Shown: in pieces, positions 37,076 to 45,103 of the stretch
Position numbering within the stretch: position 1 is the stretch's first letter
How the letters are laid out: each line of letters begins with the position of its first letter
Source of the DNA: an uncultured Candidatus Saccharibacteria bacterium
GTDB lineage: Bacteria > Patescibacteriota > Minisyncoccia > Phycocordibacterales > XYD1-FULL-46-19
Length of the DNA: 64,000 nucleotides
Assembly: GCA_964355855.1 (NCBI GenBank)
Contig: CAYHFD010000001.1
Location: 9,921 to 73,920, forward strand
Direction of reading: 5' to 3'
Made by a program: the position numbers and the translations under genes
Notes under the pieces: generated by a model
What the model saw: only the letters and a program-made list of their open reading frames with translations
Database searches by the model: none
What the model was told of the DNA's origin: nothing

Positions 37076-38731
37076 CTAATACCCCATTCCCATATCGCCA
37101 CCACCACGGGTGGGCGGTTCTTCTTTTTTCGGAATCTCGGTGATCGCCACGCCAATAGTCAAATAGTTGGCCGCCACTGATATAGCATTGGTAAAAGCCA
37201 TTTTGGTTACTTTGAGTGGGTCCACAATGCCCGCTTTTTTCAAGTCTTCAATCTTATTAGACGCCGCATTAAACCCTAGCCAGGTCCGCGCCGACTTGTC
37301 TTTGACTTCCGCTTTTTTGGCTTTTAATTCGTCCATAATAATGACCGCTCCTTCTCCACTATTTTCGATAATCGCAGTGAGTGGTGAACACGCCACTTTT
37401 TCTAAAATTTCACGCGCATGGTCGGCCACTACATCACCACTGTTCTCGCCAGACATCGTGAGACTAACATTAAAGAGAGCAATTCCTCCCCCTGGCACCA
37501 CCCCTTCTTCCATCGCCGCGCGCGTCGCGGCCACCGCGTCTTCCACTCGTTGTTTAAGTTCTTTTTGGGCCGATTCGGTTGGCGCCCCAATTTTTATTAC
37601 CGCTACCCCGCCGGCCAACTTACCAATCCGCTCGACCAACTTTTCTTTATCATATTTAGACTCGGTTTTGGCTAGTTGGGCCTTAATTTGGGTCAAACGA
37701 TTTTCAATATCCACTTTTTTACCCTTACCACCAACAATAACTGTTGAATCCTTAGACGACACAATTCGACGCGCTCGACCTAGTTGAGTCAGCTCAACAC
37801 TTTCTAATTTTAAACCAACGTCTTCCGAGATTACTTTGCCACCAGTAACCACGGCAATATCCTCCAACATTTCTTTCCGGCGGTCACCAAAACCCGGCGC
37901 CTTGATGGCCACACTGTTAAAAATACCCCGAATTTTATTTACAATAAGAGTCGTCAACGCTTCACTGTCCACATCTTCAGCAATAATCACCAAATCTTTT
38001 TTCCCGCTTTGGGCCATCTTTTCAATCAAGGGCAAAATATCTTTAATTGAAGAAATCTTTTTATCGGTGATGAGAATATAGGGGTCTTCGTATTGGGCCT
38101 CCATTTTTTCGGCATTAGTGACCATGTAGGGCGCAATATAGCCCTTGTCAAAAGACAAACCCTCTACCACTTCCGAGGAATTGGAAATAGTATTGGAGTC
38201 TTCAATGGTTATCACCCCCTCCTTGCCGACCGTTTTAAACACCCCCGCGATCAGCTCGCCAATTTCCTCGTCTTTAGCCGACAGAGTTGCTACTTCTTTA
38301 ATTTTACCAGCGTCTTTGACAGCTTCCGCCTGACTTTCTAAAGCTAAAATAATTTCGGCACTACCCTTTTTTATTTCATCGGCCAAGCGAATAACATTAA
38401 ACCCGCGGTCAGCAATCGCTTTTTCTCCTTCGGCAATTAGGGCTTGAGCTAAAATAATCGAAGTAGTGGTACCATCACCCACATTGTCATTGGTTTTATC
38501 AGCCGCTTGTTTCAAAAGTTCCGCCCCTAAATTTTCAAACCGATCCTCCAACTCAATTTCCTTGGCCACCGTCACCCCATCTAAGGTGACTTGAGGAGCA
38601 CCATAACTTTTTTCGATGACCACCGCGCGCCCCCGCGGGCCAAGGGTCATTTTGACCGCCTCGGACAACTGATCAATTCCGCGTTTCAAAGCCTTTCTGG
38701 CTTCATCATTAAAATAAATTTTTTTAGCCAT
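37076..38731 (-). CDS. groEL: chaperonin GroEL
   Basis: [12 protein letters not shown]..., [12 protein letters not shown]-terminal GGGDMGMGY. Confidence 0.95.
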   Translation of the reverse strand: MAKKIYFNDEARKALKRGIDQLSEAVKMTLGPRGRAVVIEKSYGAPQVTLDGVTVAKEIELEDRFENLGAELLKQAADKTNDNVGDGTTTSIILAQALIAEGEKAIADRGFNVIRLADEIKKGSAEIILALESQAEAVKDAGKIKEVATLSAKDEEIGELIAGVFKTVGKEGVITIEDSNTISNSSEVVEGLSFDKGYIAPYMVTNAEKMEAQYEDPYILITDKKISSIKDILPLIEKMAQSGKKDLVIIAEDVDSEALTTLIVNKIRGIFNSVAIKAPGFGDRRKEMLEDIAVVTGGKVISEDVGLKLESVELTQLGRARRIVSSKDSTVIVGGKGKKVDIENRLTQIKAQLAKTESKYDKEKLVERIGKLAGGVAVIKIGAPTESAQKELKQRVEDAVAATRAAMEEGVVPGGGIALFNVSLTMSGENSGDVVADHAREILEKVACSPLTAIIENSGEGAVIIMDELKAKKAEVKDKSARTWLGFNAASNKIEDLKKAGIVDPLKVTKMAFTNAISVAANYLTIGVAITEIPKKEEPPTRGGGDMGMGY

Positions 38732-38737
38732 ATTTTA

Positions 38738-39058
38738 TTATTCTTCGATTATAGCTAATATATTTGTCTCACTGACAATGAGATATTTTTCGTCATTAAT
38801 TTTTATTTCGTCCGGTCCATATTTGGAAAAAATAATATGCTGACCTTTTTTAACCCGAAGGGGAATAATTTTGCCATTTTCGTCAAGACGGCCTTCTCCT
38901 ACTGCTACCACCACCCCTTCTTCTGGACGCTCTTTATCTACTGTTTCGGGAATAATAATTCCAGACAGACTTGTTTTTTCTTGGTGCGAAGATCCAACCT
39001 CCACCAATACTCGGTCACCAAGGGGCACAATCCGTATTTTGCTTTTGGTCTTTTTCAT
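38738..39058 (-). CDS. groES: co-chaperonin GroES
   Basis: IRIVPLGDRVLV, mobile loop. Confidence 0.95.
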   Translation of the reverse strand: MKKTKSKIRIVPLGDRVLVEVGSSHQEKTSLSGIIIPETVDKERPEEGVVVAVGEGRLDENGKIIPLRVKKGQHIIFSKYGPDEIKINDEKYLIVSETNILAIIEE

Positions 39059-39075
39059 AGCGTAAAATTCAAAGC

Positions 39076-39149
39076 GTTTTTAAGCACTTTGATGATAAAT
39101 AAAGCTAATAATACAAGGCTATTATAAGAGCGCGGGGGGTAACAGTCAA
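39076..39149 (-). promoter_or_regulatory. groES promoter (TTGACT-17-TATAAT) followed by degenerate CIRCE-like inverted repeat
   Basis: Minus-strand: TTGACTGTTACCCCCCGCGCTCTTATAAT ... TTAGCTTTA-TTTATCATC-AAAGTGCTTAA ~30 nt before the ATG. Confidence 0.5.
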
Positions 39150-39293
39150 CACCCCCTCCACCCAGCGTCTCAATTTAAATTGTTGCAATTTTAATAATAT
39201 TTTGTATACTTGATTGGTAACGGATTCTGGCCTGAAACACATTAGGTACAGGATTACTCATTTCGCAAGAAATGTTCCGCTAACAACTATCTC

Positions 39294-39524
39294 ATGGAAA
39301 CTATAGCCCCTTTTCTACCTTGGCTACAAATTGTATTGTCCGTCCTCCTAATCGCTCTTATTTTGCTTCAGCAAAATGACTCAAGTTTGGGTGGTAGTTT
39401 TGGTGGCTCTGACTCGGCCACCCATGTCCATCGTAAAAGAGGAGCGGAAAAATATGTTTTTAATTTGACCATCGTAGTAGCAGCCTTGTTTATCGTAGCC
39501 GCGATTCTTTCTCTCTTTATCTAG
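39294..39524 (+). CDS. secG: preprotein translocase subunit SecG
   Basis: LLQQNDSSLGGSFGGSDS matches SecG LLQ..G.G.FGG motif; two TM. Confidence 0.7.
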   Translation: METIAPFLPWLQIVLSVLLIALILLQQNDSSLGGSFGGSDSATHVHRKRGAEKYVFNLTIVVAALFIVAAILSLFI

Positions 39525-39610
39525 TATTCCTTCTATCAAAACTGGCTCCTTAAACTATTCACCACACAATAGAACTGTCTCCCTTTATCTGTAAAAATTA
39601 GTAATCATCC

Positions 39611-41356
39611 ATGTTGAAAAAGTCTGAGCTGGCAAAAACAATCCGCTCTTTACCTCAAAAAAATAAGTTTGTCTTAGTTGCTTTGGTAGCCGTTGGCACC
39701 CTGTGCCTAGTTGGAGCATTTTGGATATTCAATAATAAAAACCTCATAGAAATACCAGAAACCGGTGGTAAATATTTTGAAGGAGTGGTGGGTGCCCCCC
39801 GTTTTATTAACCCCCTACTCGCCATTTCTGATACCGACCGCGATTTGTCAGCTTTGATTTATTCCGGTTTAATGCGCAAGGATAAAACCAACCGACTCGT
39901 GCCCGACTTGGCTGAAAGTTATAAAATATCCGACGACGGCCTAACTTATACCTTTGTTCTACGAGATAAATTATTTTGGCACGATGGCACACCGCTGACT
40001 ACCGCCGACATCGTTTTTACTGTTGCCATGGCTAGTAACCAGGAAGTAAAAAGTATCAAAGCTGGCACTTGGAACGGTATTACCGTTAGGGCCGAGGATA
40101 AACAAACCGTAGTATTTCATCTACCCCAATCTTATTCATCTTTTTTGGGTCAAACTACTTTGGGTATACTACCGGCCCATATTTGGAAAGATGTTCCGAC
40201 AAATAATTTTTCTTTTAGTGAATATAATATAAAACCAGTCGGCTCTGGTCCTTACCAGTTGGTTGATATAAAAAAATCTGCTGCTGGTTTGCCTGAATAC
40301 TATGAACTTTCACCTTTTACCCGTTTTGCCTTAGACACACCACATATTAAAACTTTGCGCCTATACTTCTTTCCTAATGAAAATGACTTGCTCCAGGCTT
40401 TCGAAGACAAACATATTGATAGCCTAAGCGGTATTACTCCCGAAACAGCCCTCCGTCTTTCCCGTTTAGGACAAAAAGTGAACAAATCGAGTCTGCCACG
40501 AGTCTTTGGTATTTTCTTTAATCAAAACCAAGCTGAAGTCTTTACCCAAAGTGAAGTAAGAGAAGCCCTAAACGAAACTATTGATAAAAAATATATCGCT
40601 GACAAAATTCTAAAGGGTTATGCTCGACCCCTTAATGGACCTCTGCCCCCCAACTCTTTTTCTTATGAAGCCGAAAAGTCTACGCCAATGAGTCAAAAAA
40701 TAGAACGAGCTAAATCCCTTTTGGCTAAGGCTGGGTGGCAGGCTGGCCCCGACGGTGTGTTAACAAAAAAGGGTTCTAAATCAAACTATCGCTTAGAATT
40801 TACTATCACCACAGCTGATGTGGCCGAATTAAAAAGTATTGCGACTCTGGCAAAAAATCAGTGGGAAAAATTGGGAGCGAAAGTAGAAATAAAAGTTCTT
40901 GACACCTCGACCTTGCAACAAAATGCAATTCGTCCACGCAAATACGACGCTCTATTATTTGGCATTGCAACTGGTGATGATGGTGATCTATATCCATTCT
41001 GGCATTCCTCACAAAGACTGGATCCGGGACTTAATATTGCGATGTACACCAACGCTGAAAGTGATCGACTACTTGACCGCATCAAATTAGAGCCAAACTA
41101 CCAAGCTCGCACCAAACTTATTTCCCGATTTTTTCAAGAAATAAACAAGGATCGTCCGGCTATATTTATTTACAGTCCAGATTTTATTTACATCGTGCCC
41201 AAAGAATTAAAAGCATTTTCATTACCCAACATTAGTATTCCCGCCGATCGTTTTGCCACTGTTTATCAATGGTATGTAAAAACCGACCGAGTATGGCCAG
41301 TTTTTGCTCCCAAAAAACAACTACCACCACTTCAACCGTCAATAATTAATAAATAA
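39611..41356 (+). CDS. ABC transporter substrate-binding protein, family 5 (peptide/nickel type), membrane-anchored
   Basis: N-terminal TM; ALIYSGLMRKD...LVPDLAESYKISDDGLTYTFVLRDKLFWHDGTPLTTADIVFT. Confidence 0.7.
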   Translation: MLKKSELAKTIRSLPQKNKFVLVALVAVGTLCLVGAFWIFNNKNLIEIPETGGKYFEGVVGAPRFINPLLAISDTDRDLSALIYSGLMRKDKTNRLVPDLAESYKISDDGLTYTFVLRDKLFWHDGTPLTTADIVFTVAMASNQEVKSIKAGTWNGITVRAEDKQTVVFHLPQSYSSFLGQTTLGILPAHIWKDVPTNNFSFSEYNIKPVGSGPYQLVDIKKSAAGLPEYYELSPFTRFALDTPHIKTLRLYFFPNENDLLQAFEDKHIDSLSGITPETALRLSRLGQKVNKSSLPRVFGIFFNQNQAEVFTQSEVREALNETIDKKYIADKILKGYARPLNGPLPPNSFSYEAEKSTPMSQKIERAKSLLAKAGWQAGPDGVLTKKGSKSNYRLEFTITTADVAELKSIATLAKNQWEKLGAKVEIKVLDTSTLQQNAIRPRKYDALLFGIATGDDGDLYPFWHSSQRLDPGLNIAMYTNAESDRLLDRIKLEPNYQARTKLISRFFQEINKDRPAIFIYSPDFIYIVPKELKAFSLPNISIPADRFATVYQWYVKTDRVWPVFAPKKQLPPLQPSIINK

Positions 41357-41382
41357 TAGTAAATAAAATAACAACTAATATC

Positions 41383-43278
41383 ATGCCCCCAATCAGAAAA
41401 CCCAATCCTAGTAAAAACTCCAACCCTCGTCCAGCCCAACAACATGGACAAGCCCCAACCTCGGTCGGGACTCGCCCCCCAGGCGAACGGGCGGCTTTGG
41501 GGTCAAATAAGAATCGTAGTCCACGCCCTCCTCGAGGACGGCATTTTGGTAGCAACAATCAAAAAGAGGAGAATAACAAAGCCAACAAAGCTATACCCCC
41601 AATCGCCCCCGGTGTTATCCGTATTATTCCCCTTGGTGGCGTCGAGGAGGTTGGTAAAAACATGACCGCCATTGAAATGGGTGACGATATTGTGGTTGTC
41701 GACATTGGTTTACAATTTCCCGATGAAAACACTCCGGGTGTTGATTATATTATTCCCGATACCACCTATCTCGAGTCAAACAAAAATAAAATCCGAGGAG
41801 TTATTATTACTCACGGTCACTTAGACCATATTGGTGGTATTCCCTATGTCATGCCCAAGATTGGTAACCCCCCAATGTACACCAGTATCTTAACTTCGGT
41901 TATGATAAAAAAAAGACAAGAAGAATTTGTTCATTTGCCGAAGCTAAATATAAATGTGGTGGAACAAAAAGATACGGTGAAGCTTGGTAATTTTAAATTA
42001 CACTTCTTTGGTGCTACTCACACCATTCCCGACACTTTAGGCATTATTTTGGAAACGCCTTTTGGCAACATCATTATGACTGGTGACATAAAAATTGAAA
42101 CCGTCAATAATGAACCAGTGCCTTTTGAGGTTGAAACATATAGTAAACTTGGAGCGGAAAATAATCTCTTACTTATTGCCGACTCCACTAATGTTGAAAA
42201 AGAAGGCTTTTCCTTTCCCGAAAAAGTAGTTCATGACAATCTAAAACAACTTATTGAACGCGCCCCGGGGCGTATTGTTGTCAGTACCTTTGCTTCACTT
42301 TTTGACCGTATTGTCTATGTGATTCAAGCGGCCGAGCTGTTGGGTAAAAAAGTGGTAGTCGAAGGTCGCTCGATGAAAACCAATGTCGAAATTGCTCGCG
42401 AATTAGGCATACTTAAAGTCAAAGACTCGACGATTGTCAGCGCCGACCGAATGGAAGAATATCCGGAAAATAAACTGGTCATCTTGGCCACCGGCGCCCA
42501 GGGCGATGAATTTGCCGCCCTCATGCGTATTTCCAACAAGACTCATAAATATGTGAAATTACACAAAGGTGACACGGTCTTACTATCCAGCTCGGTTGTC
42601 CCCGGTAATGAAAAAAGTGTGGCCCGTCTTAAAGACAACCTCGCTCGCCAAGGGGCCCGGATTTTGCATTATGGGGTAGCCGAAATCCACTCTTCCGGCC
42701 ACTCCTACCGCGGTGAAATTGAATATATCCACAAAATGATTAAGGCCAAATATTTTATTCCTGTTCACGGTAGCCACTACATGCTACGAGTCCACGAACG
42801 GGTGGCCCAAGAACTGGGGGTTAAAGATGAAAATATTATTGTCCCCGATAACGGTAGTGTTATTGAAATCGCCGATGCTGGCAAAAAGTTTTACCTGCTA
42901 AAAGAAACTGCTTCGAGTCGGGTAGTTATGGTCGACGGTCTGGGTACCGGTAATGTCGAAGAAGTGGTTATCCGCGACCGCCAGCTTCTATCCCAAGATG
43001 GCATGTTTGTGATTATTGCCACGATTGATGTTAAAACCGGCAAGGTCCGCAAATCACCAGATATTATTTCCCGTGGTTTTGTTTATCTAAAAGAATCCCA
43101 GGATATGCTGCACACCGTTCGCAACCTCATTAAAAAATCGATCGAAGACTCAACCAGTAAGATGCATCCGGTCAATTTTGACTATGTTAAAAATACGGTG
43201 CGTGAGGAAGTCGGACGATACCTATTTCAAAAAACCCACAAACGACCAATCATTTTACCTGTTCTAATCGAGGTTTAA
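41383..43278 (+). CDS. rnj: ribonuclease J (beta-CASP MBL RNase) with Pro/Arg-rich N-terminal extension
   Basis: IRIIPLGGVEEVGKNMTAIE, ITHGHLDHIGG, beta-CASP blocks. Confidence 0.9.
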   Translation: MPPIRKPNPSKNSNPRPAQQHGQAPTSVGTRPPGERAALGSNKNRSPRPPRGRHFGSNNQKEENNKANKAIPPIAPGVIRIIPLGGVEEVGKNMTAIEMGDDIVVVDIGLQFPDENTPGVDYIIPDTTYLESNKNKIRGVIITHGHLDHIGGIPYVMPKIGNPPMYTSILTSVMIKKRQEEFVHLPKLNINVVEQKDTVKLGNFKLHFFGATHTIPDTLGIILETPFGNIIMTGDIKIETVNNEPVPFEVETYSKLGAENNLLLIADSTNVEKEGFSFPEKVVHDNLKQLIERAPGRIVVSTFASLFDRIVYVIQAAELLGKKVVVEGRSMKTNVEIARELGILKVKDSTIVSADRMEEYPENKLVILATGAQGDEFAALMRISNKTHKYVKLHKGDTVLLSSSVVPGNEKSVARLKDNLARQGARILHYGVAEIHSSGHSYRGEIEYIHKMIKAKYFIPVHGSHYMLRVHERVAQELGVKDENIIVPDNGSVIEIADAGKKFYLLKETASSRVVMVDGLGTGNVEEVVIRDRQLLSQDGMFVIIATIDVKTGKVRKSPDIISRGFVYLKESQDMLHTVRNLIKKSIEDSTSKMHPVNFDYVKNTVREEVGRYLFQKTHKRPIILPVLIEV

Positions 43279-43300
43279 CTACCACCTAAACTCATAATCT

Positions 43301-44494
43301 GTGACCAACCCTAAACTTTTTACCCCCCAAACTCTTCGGCGCCACACCTATATTGCGGTTTTATTTTTAACTTTAAACGGTTCTTTAGTCTCTTATATAA
43401 ACTCTAGCTTCCTATCACAGCTAGTAGGAGAAAAAGCTATCGGCTGGATTTATATCGTCGCGTCCCTCATTACCATTGCCGGTTTTTGGGCCTTACCTTT
43501 TGTTTTAAGAAAAAACGATTTACGACAAATACTATTGATAACTACCATGGTTATGGTTACCGCCACAGGGCTGTTAGGCTTAGTGGCACAGCCCACGGCC
43601 ATTTTGATTGCTATTTTTTGTATTTTTTATATTGCCGGTGCTCTAGCCCGTTATGTTTTAGATTTATATCTTGAAAATATATCCGTCGACAAAGTAACCG
43701 GTGGGATTAGGGGTTTATTTTTAACCATTATAAATGTCGCCTGGCTGGCCTCGCCACTTTTGGCTGGTTTTATGTTAAACGGCACCGCAAATTACCAGTT
43801 GGTTTATTTGGGGGCCACGGTTATTGCCCTGCCTTTGTTTGCCATTATTATTTGGGGACTAACCAAACAGTCAATAAAAAATATTCCGCCGGTTTCCCCT
43901 GTCTCGTCTTTTGCTATCTTATTTAAACCTCAATCAGATTTTGATCGTGATATTAAAAACATCATTTCTATTGATTTATTGCTAAACTTTTTTTATTCCT
44001 TAATGGTGGTTTACACGCCAATCTATTTATATCAACACATTGGCCTATCTTGGGACCAAATTGGTTTAGTGTTTACAGTTATGCTTTTACCGTTTGTCCT
44101 GCTTGATTACCCCCTTGGCCTATTGGCTGACAAAAAAATCGGTGAAAAGGAAATTTTGGTTGGTGGTTTAGTTATTATGGGCCTGGCCACTATCGCCCTA
44201 TCTTTTATCAGTGGCGCTGGACTGGCGGTTTGGGCCTCACTTCTTTTTATTACTCGTATTGGCGCTGCTTCGGTCGAAGTCGCCAAAGAAATTTATCTGT
44301 TCAAACGAATCACCCCGGGCGACACCTCGATTTTGTCCCTATCGCGTATGATGGTGTCATTTTCTTATATTATTGGGCCCGCCCTGGCTACCGTTTTTCT
44401 GGCTTTTTTTGATTTTCGTTTTATTTTCCTTGCCCTTGGCATAATTGTCCTACTGGGTCTACGACCAGCCCTCGCTTTAATCGACACTAGATAG
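43301..44494 (+). CDS. MFS-type transporter, hypothetical
   Basis: 12 predicted TM segments in 6+6 arrangement. Confidence 0.55.
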   Translation: MTNPKLFTPQTLRRHTYIAVLFLTLNGSLVSYINSSFLSQLVGEKAIGWIYIVASLITIAGFWALPFVLRKNDLRQILLITTMVMVTATGLLGLVAQPTAILIAIFCIFYIAGALARYVLDLYLENISVDKVTGGIRGLFLTIINVAWLASPLLAGFMLNGTANYQLVYLGATVIALPLFAIIIWGLTKQSIKNIPPVSPVSSFAILFKPQSDFDRDIKNIISIDLLLNFFYSLMVVYTPIYLYQHIGLSWDQIGLVFTVMLLPFVLLDYPLGLLADKKIGEKEILVGGLVIMGLATIALSFISGAGLAVWASLLFITRIGAASVEVAKEIYLFKRITPGDTSILSLSRMMVSFSYIIGPALATVFLAFFDFRFIFLALGIIVLLGLRPALALIDTR

Positions 44495-44960
44495 CAAACC
44501 CGTAATCCACCATTTGGCCTTGCTAAATTTAGTCCTTGGTGGTATTTTGGTAGCTGTTTTGATCTTGCCTTGTTCAAGGGGAGCGAGGCAAACTCATTGG
44601 AGACAGTTGTTTTATGCCAAAAGCCAATTTGTTGTTGTCGATGGTCGTTGTTGTCTTCCGGCGGACCAACTCTGGAACAATCCAGGACGAGGTGCGTCAT
44701 GACCTTCGAGTTCCAAACGGTGTTGATCTCCCGCCAAAGGGTGGTGAATTCAATGTCAGAGGGGGCCTACCCGGTATATTCGGTGGGGTTTGCATCGTCA
44801 AACCCGGCACAAATGGAACCTGTCAGGTCAAGCGGGTCTCGACGCACAGAGACCCCGCCTTGGCTACCCTACGGGTAAAACTCGCCCCCCGCTAAACGAC
44901 CACTCCAACCCATACCGACCGCCAACATCAAACCAGGTGCTGGCGGTTGTCTTTTTATTA
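44495..44960 (+). ncRNA. candidate structured ncRNA of unassigned class ending in intrinsic terminator
   Basis: ~460 nt with only short overlapping ORFs in several frames, GC above background, multiple hairpins (GGGTCTC-N8-GAGACCC); ends ACCGCCA-N16-TGGCGGT-TGTCTTTTTATT. Confidence 0.3.
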
Positions 44961-45009
44961 ATGAGTTTCACTTTCTTTTCGAAAAGTTTTATATCTAAAG
45001 CGAGACTAT

Positions 45010-45096
45010 TCCGTTTGATTTGCCTTGCACAGGGCGACGGCCCGAGCAGAGCAAATTTTCAGCAGAAAATTATGTGTGCAAATCAAACGGAATAGG
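45010..45096. repeat. 18-bp perfect inverted repeat (large stem-loop) 3' of helicase gene
   Basis: CTATTCCGTTTGATTTGC ... GCAAATCAAACGGAATAG. Confidence 0.6.
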
Positions 45097-45103
45097 CGAG
45101 CGC

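Noticed and set aside
37167-38341. Several plus-strand ORFs (up to 206 aa) opposite groEL
   Set aside because: They are antisense shadows of a highly expressed, well-supported gene.
44514-44895. Three overlapping plus-strand ORFs (62-102 aa) and 44365-44700 (-)
   Set aside because: They overlap each other and the end of the MFS gene, and have no RBS. The region is better explained as ncRNA.
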